NCBI GenBank assembly: GCA_013388845.1
Contig: JACAEN010000026.1
Location: 101,328-165,327, forward strand
DNA: 64,000 bases
Origin: Chloroflexota bacterium
Lineage (GTDB): Bacteria; Chloroflexota; Dehalococcoidia; GIF9; AB-539-J10
Reading direction: 5' to 3'
Shown: one piece after another, positions 40,202 through 48,778 of the stretch
Layout of the letters: each line of letters begins with the position of its first letter
Position numbering within the stretch: the stretch's first letter is position 1
Made by a program: the position numbers and the translations under genes
Notes under the pieces: model-generated
The model's input: only the letters and a program-made list of their open reading frames with translations
The model's database searches: none
Told to the model about the DNA's origin: nothing

Positions 40202-41194
40202 ATGCTGCAGTATTTAATAGTATTTAAGGAATATCTCATTGAGGTATTGCCCTTCCTGGCGATAGGGTTTCTCCTCAGTGGTTTAATTCATGAATTTGTG
40301 CCGACAAGGTGGGTGGAGAGGCATCTCGGTGGAGGGGGTGTGAAGCCAATCCTTTATTCCACCCTAGTGGGGACAATCCTTCCTCTGTGCTGTTTCGGCT
40401 CGCTGCCGGTGGCGGTGAGCTTGCGTCAAAAAGGGGCGACGCTGGGATCAGTTCTAGCCTTTCTGGTGGCAACGCCCGCTACCTCTATAAGTGCCCTTCT
40501 GGTGGCTTACGGTCTCCTGGGACTAAAGTTTACTATATTCATCTTCTTTGCCGTAATAGCCATGGGTTTAGTCATGGGATTGGTGGGAAATGCTATCGGA
40601 GGCAAAGCCAAAGTCTTTGTTCCCCCAGCGGGGGAAGCTCTCGACCCGGTTTGTGGGATGACTGTCCAGGTGGAGAAAGCGGCTAAAACCGAATATGGTG
40701 GGGAAACCTATTACTTTTGCTGTTCCCACTGCCAGCAAGCCTTTGAAGGTAGTCCCAAGGAATATATAGGAGGCTCCCGGCAAATTGGTCACCGAGTAAA
40801 GCATGTATTCAGGTATGCCTTTGTGGATATGGTCAAGGAGATTGGTCCGGAGTTACTTCTGGGACTGGCTCTGGCAGCTCTGGTGGCGGCGGTAGCCCCG
40901 GTGGGTGAGTTCGTGGGCGCTCATTTTGGTGGGGGATGGGGGTATCTTTTCGCCTTGGGCTTTGGCTTAGTTATGTATATCTGCTCCACAGCCAGCGTTC
41001 CCCTGGTGCACGCTTTTGTGACGCAAGGAATGAATGTGGGCGCGGGAATGGTGCTACTCTTGGTGGGTCCGATTACGAGTTGGGGCACTATCCTGGTTAT
41101 GAGAAAGGAATTCGGGGGCAGGATTCTGGCCGTTTACTTGGCGGTCGTCTGTGCGATGTCTCTGGGTCTGGGCTATTGCTTCTCGCTGATATAG
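40202..41194 (+). CDS. DUF318/ArsP-type permease with inserted YHS domain
   Basis: LPLCCFG, FLVATP, DPVCGM...YYFCCSHC (YHS/TRASH), YICSTASVP. Confidence 0.85.
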   Translation: MLQYLIVFKEYLIEVLPFLAIGFLLSGLIHEFVPTRWVERHLGGGGVKPILYSTLVGTILPLCCFGSLPVAVSLRQKGATLGSVLAFLVATPATSISALLVAYGLLGLKFTIFIFFAVIAMGLVMGLVGNAIGGKAKVFVPPAGEALDPVCGMTVQVEKAAKTEYGGETYYFCCSHCQQAFEGSPKEYIGGSRQIGHRVKHVFRYAFVDMVKEIGPELLLGLALAALVAAVAPVGEFVGAHFGGGWGYLFALGFGLVMYICSTASVPLVHAFVTQGMNVGAGMVLLLVGPITSWGTILVMRKEFGGRILAVYLAVVCAMSLGLGYCFSLI

Positions 41195-41289
41195 TGGCAT
41201 AAGAAAGGCTGTCTGCCAATTGTGTATAATAAGGTCACGTGATTTAGGATGGGGCTAACGAGCTTTAAAAGAGAAAGGAGGGATAGATT

Positions 41290-41445
41290 ATGAAAATTGT
41301 CAGCTTATGTTCTAAAGGCTCATGTTGTCCGGTAGTCAAAATCACAGATGAACATGTGGAAATAGGAGAGAAGGGCAACACCTGTGTCCTTACAAAGGAG
41401 CAATGGGAAGCCCTTAAAGAGAAGATACTCAAGAAAGAGCTATAA
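41290..41445 (+). CDS. Small Cys-rich protein (51 aa)
   Basis: SD AAAGGAGG; MKIVSLCSKGSCCPVVKITDEHVEIGEKGNTCVLTKEQWEALKEKILKKEL*; not in ORF track. Confidence 0.8.
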   Translation: MKIVSLCSKGSCCPVVKITDEHVEIGEKGNTCVLTKEQWEALKEKILKKEL

Positions 41446-41575
41446 AACGGGAAACCCGAATAAAGCTGATAGCCCCACCCGCTCCGCGAAAACGCACAGG
41501 ATAAAGGAATTTGGTTTGATTATTTTGCAATTTTGGTATGCCAGAGAATAAGGGTTGAAAGATAAAGGTCGGCAC

Positions 41576-42316
41576 ATGTTAACGAAGGACGATTTGATTA
41601 GATACGGACGCCAGATTTTGTATACAGACTTTGGCCAAGAAGGACAGAAAAAACTCAAGCAGTCCAAAGTAGTGGTAGCCGGGCTTGGTGGGCTGGGATG
41701 CTCTGCTGCTCTGTATCTCACGTGTGCCGGCATAGGCTGTATCACCCTGATAGACTGTGACCGTGTGGAACTCTCCAATTTGAACCGCCAGGTTCTGCAT
41801 TATGAGGAAGATATTGGAGAGGGGAAGCCCTTCTCGGCAGCAAGGAAGCTGACTAACTTAAACTCTTCAATGGAGGTTACACCTGTTTTCAAAAAGATTA
41901 CTGAACGTAATGCTCGGGAGCTTATAAAGGGAGCAAATTTGGTAATAGATGGGATGGACGATTTTAGGACCAGATCTATTATTAATAAGGCGTGTGTTGC
42001 CGAAGGAATACCCTTCGTCCATGGGGGTGTTCATGGGCTCTTTGGTGAGGTCACTACCATACTCCCGGGGAGGACGCCCTGTCTGGCGTGTATTTTCCCC
42101 GAAGTTCCCCGCAGGAGAAGCGCGGTCCCTGTTTTTGGTGTAACCCCGGCTTTAGTTGCCATCTTGCAGGTGACGGAAGCGATTAAACTTCTGGCCGGGT
42201 TCGGGCGTTTGCTGACAGGGAAGATGTTGTATTTCAACGGTGAAACGATGGAGTTCACATTCTGCAAACTGGCGAGAAACCCGGATTGCCAAGTGTGCGG
42301 GACAAAGGAGGTCTGA
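41576..42316 (+). CDS. HesA/MoeB/ThiF-family adenylyltransferase
   Basis: RYGRQ, GLGGLG, SNLNRQ, CLAC, CQVC. Confidence 0.92.
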   Translation: MLTKDDLIRYGRQILYTDFGQEGQKKLKQSKVVVAGLGGLGCSAALYLTCAGIGCITLIDCDRVELSNLNRQVLHYEEDIGEGKPFSAARKLTNLNSSMEVTPVFKKITERNARELIKGANLVIDGMDDFRTRSIINKACVAEGIPFVHGGVHGLFGEVTTILPGRTPCLACIFPEVPRRRSAVPVFGVTPALVAILQVTEAIKLLAGFGRLLTGKMLYFNGETMEFTFCKLARNPDCQVCGTKEV

Positions 42317-42320
42317 AAGA

Positions 42321-42593
42321 ATGAGTATGACGATAAGGCTTCATCCATTTCTGCAACACCTTACTGGCGGGCAAGAGGTGGTGGAGGTGGCGGGGCGCAC
42401 CACTGGTGAATGTATTGAGAACTTGGAAAGTCGTTTCCCGGGTATCAGACAGCAGATTCGTGATAAGAAAGGGCAGCTGCGTCCTTATTGTGAAATTCTT
42501 CTTAACTCCGAATCCACTTATCCTAACGAGCTAACTACCACGGTGAAAGACGGAGACCTGATTGACATTTTGTTTATCGTTACTGGAGGGTAA
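42321..42593 (+). CDS. MoaD/ThiS-family sulfur carrier
   Basis: Ubiquitin-like pattern, KDGD, free C-terminal GG (VTGG*). Confidence 0.88.
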   Translation: MSMTIRLHPFLQHLTGGQEVVEVAGRTTGECIENLESRFPGIRQQIRDKKGQLRPYCEILLNSESTYPNELTTTVKDGDLIDILFIVTGG

Positions 42594-42617
42594 TGGCAGG
42601 ATAAAACTGGTGACTGC

Positions 42618-43061
42618 ATGGCTAAAATAATCGCCGTTTGTAGCAGTAAAGAAAAAGGTACCAAAAAGGAAGCCCTAGTCGAAGGTATCCTTAAGGAAGG
42701 CTACGGCCTAGTTGGCGATGCCCATGCTGACTGCTGTACGCATCGGCAAGTGAGCCTATTGGCGATGGAGAGTATCGATAAGATGAGAAAGTTGGGTTTC
42801 GAGGTAAGTCCTGGAGATTTTGCTGAAAATCTTACCACCCAAGGGGTAGAACTTGTCTCTCTGCCTGTAGGCACAAGGATCTCCATTGGACAGGACGTCC
42901 TTCTTGAGGTCACCCAGATTGGCAAGCAGTGCCACAACGGGTGTGCCATTTATCGGCAAATAGGCAAATGCGTCATGCCTAAGGAAGGGGTATTTGTCAA
43001 GGTAGTTCGCGGCGGCTTTGTCAGGGCTGGAGACCGGGTAAGGATAGAAAAAAATGGATAA
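42618..43061 (+). CDS. MOSC domain protein
   Basis: GDAHA, RQVSLL, GDFAENL, TQIGKQCH, CVMPKEG. Confidence 0.9.
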   Translation: MAKIIAVCSSKEKGTKKEALVEGILKEGYGLVGDAHADCCTHRQVSLLAMESIDKMRKLGFEVSPGDFAENLTTQGVELVSLPVGTRISIGQDVLLEVTQIGKQCHNGCAIYRQIGKCVMPKEGVFVKVVRGGFVRAGDRVRIEKNG

Positions 43062-43845
43062 CGAGACAGAAAAATTTTCTATATTGAAGCTCACTGAAAA
43101 GGGGAGCAGCAGCATTGAAGCTGAAGTGGCCAGAGAGGTTCCCCTTACCATCATTTTAAATAACCAGGAATTGGTAACTTTGCTCTGTTCCCCCACAGAT
43201 TCGAAGTATTTGGCTGTCGGCTTTCTTTCCTCCGAAGGGTTCCTGAGAAACAAGGATGAAATCAAAAGGATAATGGTTGATAGCGAGAGGGGTGTGGTTC
43301 GGCTGGAAACTGTAGAAGATAAAGAATTTACGAAAGATGTCTTGTTCAAACGGATCATATCTTCGGGGTGTGGCAGAGGGGCTTCTTTCTATAGTGCCGC
43401 CGATGCCACCAGTCAAAAGGTGCAGTCACAGATGAAAATATTGGCTGATGAAATCTTTGTGCTGGTAAATGAATTTCAACACAGCTCTGAGGTCTATCTG
43501 GCAACGCACGGGGTTCATAGTGCTGCTCTGTGCGATAACAAAAGCGTTCTCGTTTTTAGTAATGATATCGGGCGGCATAACGCTATCGACAAAATCTTTG
43601 GGAAGTGCCTACTCGAGGACATACCCACCAACGACCGAGTGATAATAACCAGTGGCAGAATTTCCTCAGAGATATTACATAAAGTGGCCAAACGGGGTAT
43701 ACCTATAATAATCTCTATATCCGCACCGACTAGCCTCGGGGTGAAGATAGCGGATAATTTGGGCATCACTTTAGTCGCCTCTGTCAGGGGGAGGAGGATG
43801 AATGTCTACACCCATGGATGGAGGATAACACCGGATGGAAAGTAA
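43054..43845 (+). CDS. fdhD: Formate dehydrogenase accessory sulfurtransferase
   Basis: EVPL, GFLSSEG, SSGCG, HGVHSAA, DIGRHNAIDK, SGRISSE. Confidence 0.93.
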   Translation: MDNETEKFSILKLTEKGSSSIEAEVAREVPLTIILNNQELVTLLCSPTDSKYLAVGFLSSEGFLRNKDEIKRIMVDSERGVVRLETVEDKEFTKDVLFKRIISSGCGRGASFYSAADATSQKVQSQMKILADEIFVLVNEFQHSSEVYLATHGVHSAALCDNKSVLVFSNDIGRHNAIDKIFGKCLLEDIPTNDRVIITSGRISSEILHKVAKRGIPIIISISAPTSLGVKIADNLGITLVASVRGRRMNVYTHGWRITPDGK

Positions 43846-44749
43846 GAATGCTGACCTGATAGAGAAAATCCTAGACCTGAAGAAAACAAGGAACGCGGTT
43901 ATCCTGGCCCATAACTACCAGTTGGGTGAGGTTCAGGATATAGCCGACTTTGTCGGCGATTCTTTAGAGCTAAGCCAAAATGCTGCCAAAACCAATGCCG
44001 GTGTAATCGTGTTCTGCGGAGTTCACTTCATGGCGGAGACAGCCTCCATCCTCTGTCCTGATAAAGTGGTCTTGCTTCCTGATATGAACGCTGGCTGCCC
44101 CATGGCAGATATGATTACCGCCGAACGCTTGCGGGCGAAGAAAAAGGAACATCCCCAAGCAGTGGTGGTCTGTTACATCAACTCCTCAGCCGAAGTCAAG
44201 GCAGAATCAGATATTTGCTGCACCTCTGCCAATGCAATCAAAGTCATAGAAAGCCTGGATGCTCGGGAGATACTTTTTATCCCCGACCAGTATCTCGGGC
44301 ATTACATCTCCGCCAAGACAGGCAGAAAGATGATTCTCTGGCCCGGCTTCTGTCCCACTCATGTCAGGATAAGGCCTGAAAGGATAAAGGAGTTGAAGAG
44401 GGAATATCCTCAAGCCAAGGTGGTAGTGCATCCAGAGTGCACGCCAGAGGTTATTGCTCTGGCTGACGAGGTATTCAGCACCAGCGGCATGTGCCGATAT
44501 GCCCGACGAAATGAGGTCAGGGAGATGGTCGTGGGCACAGAGATTGGCATCATACACCGACTCAAAAAAGAGAATCCTGGTAAGAGGTTTATTCCTGTTT
44601 CCGAGCAGGCAATATGTCCCAACATGAAGTTGATTACCCTGGAGAAAGTTTTGTGGTCTCTGGAGGAGATGAATCCTGAGGTCAAGGTTCCTGAAGGGGT
44701 TCGGGTCAGGGCCAAAGCTGCCGTGGATAAAATGCTCCAGATAAGCTAA
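43835..44749 (+). CDS. nadA: Quinolinate synthase
   Basis: ILAHNYQ, GDSL, CGVHFMAE, GCPMA, YINS, CPTH, HPEC, CPNM. Confidence 0.97.
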   Translation: MESKNADLIEKILDLKKTRNAVILAHNYQLGEVQDIADFVGDSLELSQNAAKTNAGVIVFCGVHFMAETASILCPDKVVLLPDMNAGCPMADMITAERLRAKKKEHPQAVVVCYINSSAEVKAESDICCTSANAIKVIESLDAREILFIPDQYLGHYISAKTGRKMILWPGFCPTHVRIRPERIKELKREYPQAKVVVHPECTPEVIALADEVFSTSGMCRYARRNEVREMVVGTEIGIIHRLKKENPGKRFIPVSEQAICPNMKLITLEKVLWSLEEMNPEVKVPEGVRVRAKAAVDKMLQIS

Positions 44750-44754
44750 GGAGT

Positions 44755-45078
44755 ATGAAAAAAACAGAAAAATTAGTCATTCTTATCACTACCAGCAGCG
44801 AGGAAGAAGCTCGTAAGATTGCGGAGTCGCTGGTCAATCATAAAAAGGCTGCCTGTGTAAACATTGTGCCCAGGGTGGATTCGCTTTTCTGGTGGAAGGG
44901 CGAGCTTGAGTCAGCCCAGGAGGGTCTCTTGCTGGTTAAAACCAAGGCCTCGCTGTTTCCTGAGGTAGTGGAGCTAGTAAAAAGAATGCACAGTTATGAA
45001 GTGCCGGAAATCATCGCCCTGCCGATTATCGCTGGCAGCGACGATTATCTCAAGTGGCTAGACAATACTTGTCAATAA
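44755..45078 (+). CDS. cutA: Divalent-cation tolerance protein
   Basis: AACVNI, WWKG, HSYEVPEII, YLKW. Confidence 0.93.
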   Translation: MKKTEKLVILITTSSEEEARKIAESLVNHKKAACVNIVPRVDSLFWWKGELESAQEGLLLVKTKASLFPEVVELVKRMHSYEVPEIIALPIIAGSDDYLKWLDNTCQ

Positions 45079-45138
45079 CGGTATACTAGCACGTCTTCGA
45101 AGCTGCCGCTTGATGAGCCAGATGGAGGCTAACTAAGG

Positions 45139-45918
45139 ATGGATGAAGTTGTTATTTCCCGTGCCATTGTGGAAAGCTACCTGAAAGACTTCATGGGGGC
45201 GACGGAGGTGGATGTGGCTGTAGCTGGGGCAGGGCCATCCGGGCTGGTCACTGCCTACTATTTGGCCAGGGAAGGAATAAAGGTAGCGGTATTTGAGAAG
45301 ATGCTTCATATTGGGGGCGGTATGCCTGGAGGAGGTATGATGTTTAACCGCATCGTCCTTCAGGAGGAAGGCAAGCGGATGCTAGACGAATTTGGCGTAT
45401 CAGCTAAGGAATATAAAAAGGGGTATTATGTTGCCGATTCGCTGGAGGCTATTTCCACTATCTGCTCGAAGGCGATAAAAGCCGGTGCAAAAGTCTTCAA
45501 TTTGATTAGTGTTGAAGACGTCATGGTTCGGGAAGATGACAGGGTAACCGGGTTTGTTTTGAATTGGAGCGCAGTTTCTTGGTCCAAGCTCCATGTGGAC
45601 CCTCTAACTGTAAGGTGCAAGGTGGCTGTAGATGCCACTGGGCATGATGCCGAAGTCTGTCGTATCGTGGTAAGGAAGATAGGTCCGAAGTTAAGGACGA
45701 AAACGGGTGATGTGATGGGGGAGAAGCCTATGTGGGCTGAGAAAGGGGAAAAGGAAATATTGAAAAATACCAGAGAGGTTTATCCCGGGTTAGTAGTTGC
45801 CGGCATGACTGCCAACAGCGTTTTTGGTTCCCCGAGGATGGGAGCTATTTTCGGGGGCATGCTGTTATCCGGTAAAAAGGCAGCCCGGGTAGCTATGGAG
45901 CTCCTTAAGCAAGGTTAA
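45139..45918 (+). CDS. thi4: Thi4 thiazole synthase, His-type (sulfide-dependent class)
   Basis: GAGPSGL, GGGMMF, LHVDP (His at the active-site position), DATGHDA, PRMGAIFGGM. Confidence 0.93.
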   Translation: MDEVVISRAIVESYLKDFMGATEVDVAVAGAGPSGLVTAYYLAREGIKVAVFEKMLHIGGGMPGGGMMFNRIVLQEEGKRMLDEFGVSAKEYKKGYYVADSLEAISTICSKAIKAGAKVFNLISVEDVMVREDDRVTGFVLNWSAVSWSKLHVDPLTVRCKVAVDATGHDAEVCRIVVRKIGPKLRTKTGDVMGEKPMWAEKGEKEILKNTREVYPGLVVAGMTANSVFGSPRMGAIFGGMLLSGKKAARVAMELLKQG

Positions 45919-45943
45919 ATTTGCTATGTCAAAGGGAATTTAA

Positions 45944-46013
45944 TTGTCACCCTGAACGATAGTGAAGGGTCTGTAGATTCTTCGCCCCGACTTGTCGGGG
46001 CTCAGAATGACAA
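45944..46013. repeat. Short palindromic element TTGTCA...TGACAA
   Basis: TTGTCACCCTGAAC...GAAGGGTCT..AGATTCTTCG-CCCCGACTTGTCGGGG-CTCAGAATGACAA; partial relatives near 49896 and 55365. Confidence 0.65.
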
Positions 46014-46033
46014 GAATGATTGTGAGAATTGCT

Positions 46034-47236
46034 ATGGCCAAGACGATAGCGGAAATCAACGAGAAAATCAGAAAAGGTAAGGCTGTGGTGGTAACTGCTG
46101 AGGAAGTGATTGACATCGCTAAAGAAAAGGGCGTGAAGAGAGCAGCCGAGGAAATTGACGTCGTTACTACAGGCACCTTCAGCCCTATGTGCGGGTCTGG
46201 TGCCTTCCTTAATATTGGGCATTCCAAACCGAGGATCAAGCTGGGTGGTGGCAAGGTTTACCTTAATGATATTCCGGTCTATACCGGCATGGCTGCTGTG
46301 GATATTTTCCTCGGAGCCACTGCCCTTCCTGATGATGACCCCAGGAATAAATTTTATCCCGGGGAGTTCAATTATGGTGGTGGGCATGTAATTGAGGAAC
46401 TGATAGCAGGGAAGGATATAAGGCTTACGGCTGCGGCTTACGGGACGGACTGCTATCCACGGAAAAAGTTGGAGACGCTGATTAACATTAAGGACATAAA
46501 TGAGGCCATTCTATTTAATATCAGGAATGCCTATCAGAACTATAATGTGGCAGTGAACCTCTCCGATAAGGTTATCTATACCTATATGGGGGTGCTCAAG
46601 TCGAATCTGGGAAATGCTAACTACTGCAGTGCTGGGCAACTCTCACCGCTGTTGAATGACCCTTACTATAAGACCATAGGTGTGGGGACGAAGATTTTCC
46701 TGGGTGGTGGCATAGGTTATGTGGCCTGGCATGGCACCCAGCATAATCCTACTGCTCTCAGAGGAGACAATGGGGTGCCACGGCGGGGAGCGGGGACGCT
46801 GGCTGTGATTGGAGATTTGAAGCAGATGAAGATGGGGTGGTTGGTGGGGACAAGCATGCTGGGCTATGGTGCCACATTAACTGTGGGTATAGGTGTCCCA
46901 ATACCCATACTTTCCGAAGAGATTCTGCGCTACACTTTGGTAACCGATGCTGACATCTTGGCACCGGTGGTGGACTATTCCGAGGCTTATCCCCAGATGA
47001 AGCCAGATATTCTGGGAGAGGTTAGCTATGCTGAACTGAAGAGTGGTCACATAAAGGTTCAGGGAAAGGATGTGCCCACAGCTTCTTTGTCTAGCTATCC
47101 TAAAGCGGTGGAAATTGCTAATATCTTGAAAAAGTGGATAGAAAGGGGCGAGTTTTTGCTTACCGAGCCCGTGGCTCCATTGCCAGGGATAGAATCAGGC
47201 ATAACATTCAAGCCACTCAAAGAGAGACCAATATGA
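46034..47236 (+). CDS. L-aspartate semialdehyde sulfurtransferase (DUF39/COG1900; MA1821/MJ0100-like homocysteine biosynthesis protein), no CBS domains
   Basis: KTIAEINEKI, DVVTTGTFSPMCGSG, YGGGHVIE, GTDCYPR, RNAYQNY, SPLLNDP, GTQHNP. Confidence 0.92.
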   Translation: MAKTIAEINEKIRKGKAVVVTAEEVIDIAKEKGVKRAAEEIDVVTTGTFSPMCGSGAFLNIGHSKPRIKLGGGKVYLNDIPVYTGMAAVDIFLGATALPDDDPRNKFYPGEFNYGGGHVIEELIAGKDIRLTAAAYGTDCYPRKKLETLINIKDINEAILFNIRNAYQNYNVAVNLSDKVIYTYMGVLKSNLGNANYCSAGQLSPLLNDPYYKTIGVGTKIFLGGGIGYVAWHGTQHNPTALRGDNGVPRRGAGTLAVIGDLKQMKMGWLVGTSMLGYGATLTVGIGVPIPILSEEILRYTLVTDADILAPVVDYSEAYPQMKPDILGEVSYAELKSGHIKVQGKDVPTASLSSYPKAVEIANILKKWIERGEFLLTEPVAPLPGIESGITFKPLKERPI

Positions 47237-47239
47237 TGC

Positions 47240-47439
47240 ATAAACTCTAAATCCCAAGCACCAAATCCTAAAAGAAAATTAAAAGGCAAAAGTAAAAATG
47301 CAAAGTGACAGGGCAAAACTTAACAATCATTTTAGTAAAGCCTTTTTGCATGTTGAAGTGTAATTTTAATTTTTTGTCTTTGATTTTTGATATTTGTTAG
47401 GATTTGTTTAGGATTTAGAAATTGGAGGTTAGGATTTTA
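47240..47439. repeat. AT-rich nested imperfect inverted repeat with ~7-nt periodicity
   Basis: A-rich left arm (AAATCCCAAGCACCAAATCCTAAA), T-rich right arm (TTTAGGATTTAGAAATTGG..TTAGGATTT); relatives at 47860-48002, 49730-49856 and 56747-56925. Confidence 0.7.
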
Positions 47440-47444
47440 TAGAG

Positions 47445-47855
47445 ATGAATGTTTCTAGAAGAATAGTGCTTCACTTTCCGCCTAATATAACAGGGCAGCC
47501 GGTCGTTTACCGCCTGGTTAAAGATTTTGGTCTCACCTTTAACATCCTCAAAGCTTCGGTATCACCAGGGCAGGAAGGACTGCTGGTAATGGAGCTGAGC
47601 GGTGAGCAGAAGAACTACGACAAAGGCATCAAATACCTCACCGAGGCTGGGGTGGAAATCCAGTCCTTGAGCCAGGACGTCGTCCGCGATGAATCCCAGT
47701 GCACTCATTGTGGAGCTTGTATCACTATTTGCCCCACTGAGGCTTTCTCTCTGGAGCCCAAAACCAGGAAAGTGCTCTTTGACCATAATAAGTGCGTTGT
47801 CTGCGGACTGTGTGTTAAGGCTTGCCCGCCTCGAGCGATGATACTGTATTTCTGA
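47445..47855 (+). CDS. NIL domain + 2[4Fe-4S] ferredoxin (MA1822/MJ0099-like partner of DUF39)
   Basis: FNILKA NIL motif; CTHCGACITICP and CVVCGLCVKACP. Confidence 0.92.
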   Translation: MNVSRRIVLHFPPNITGQPVVYRLVKDFGLTFNILKASVSPGQEGLLVMELSGEQKNYDKGIKYLTEAGVEIQSLSQDVVRDESQCTHCGACITICPTEAFSLEPKTRKVLFDHNKCVVCGLCVKACPPRAMILYF

Positions 47856-48011
47856 CCGCAGAAATTCAAAAATCAAAGGTCAAAAATAAAAATGAGAAAT
47901 CAAAACGCAACAATTTTTGACTTTTGTTCTGTCACTTTGCATTTTTCTTTTTGCATTTTGCATTCTGAAGGAATTTGTTTAGGATTTAGAGATTAGATTT
48001 TATATCTGACC

Positions 48012-48737
48012 ATGTCTGAGCCACGCTTCTACCGTCACTGGATTAAGGACAGCGGGTTGGTTTCCTTTGAGGTAGCGGTAAAGCAGACAGACCTATACAT
48101 CCGCTCTCAGCGTAATCTGAAAGATAAAGCTCTTGACTCTGTGCTAAAGCACCGTGGCTCTCTCGAGGCGTATATCGGGCATCATCCTCTTTTCCTGACT
48201 ACATTGGAGCCTTATCAGGCTGAAGCCGAAGCCCCAGCCATCGTCAAAGAAATGGCCAGGGTATCTCAATTAACAGGTGTTGGTCCGATGGCTGCAGTAG
48301 CGGGCGCCATTGCTGAAGCAGTAGGTCGGGATTTGCTCGCTTTCTCGCCAGAGGTAATTGTGGAGAATGGTGGCGATATTTTTCTGAAAATATCCAAGAA
48401 GAGGCTGGTAGGTATCTACGCTGGGCAATCCGCTTTTACCAAAAAAATTGCCCTGGAAATCTTGCCCCGAGAAACACCACTGGGCATATGTACATCTTCA
48501 GGGACGGTAGGGCATTCTTTAAGCCTGGGCAGTGCTGATGCTGTTGTTGCTCTTTCCCCCTCGGCTGCTTTAGCTGATGCCGCAGCCACCGCGCTAGGCA
48601 ATATAGTCAGGGCTGCAAATGATATCCCTGAGGCAATTGAAAAAGCGCAAAGTATCGAGGGGCTGTGTGGCGTGGTTATTATCGTGGGCGACAAGATGGG
48701 CGTCTGGGGCAAGGTCAGAATCGTGCCCCTTACTTAG
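48012..48737 (+). CDS. UPF0280/COG2122 ApbE-like protein (MA1715-like)
   Basis: RFYR, TDL, GVGPMAAVAGA, ENGGD, CTSSGTVGHSLSLG, ADAAAT. Confidence 0.9.
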   Translation: MSEPRFYRHWIKDSGLVSFEVAVKQTDLYIRSQRNLKDKALDSVLKHRGSLEAYIGHHPLFLTTLEPYQAEAEAPAIVKEMARVSQLTGVGPMAAVAGAIAEAVGRDLLAFSPEVIVENGGDIFLKISKKRLVGIYAGQSAFTKKIALEILPRETPLGICTSSGTVGHSLSLGSADAVVALSPSAALADAAATALGNIVRAANDIPEAIEKAQSIEGLCGVVIIVGDKMGVWGKVRIVPLT

Positions 48738-48778
48738 TTCTTTCTTTTTTGCCTCAAGCAGTGATAAAGTTTTAAGCA

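Noticed and set aside
8559..48737. Selenocysteine UGA readthrough in SepCysS, ArsM, DsrE, TusA or ferredoxins
   Set aside because: Catalytic positions are ordinary Cys codons, and TGA stops fall at expected protein ends.
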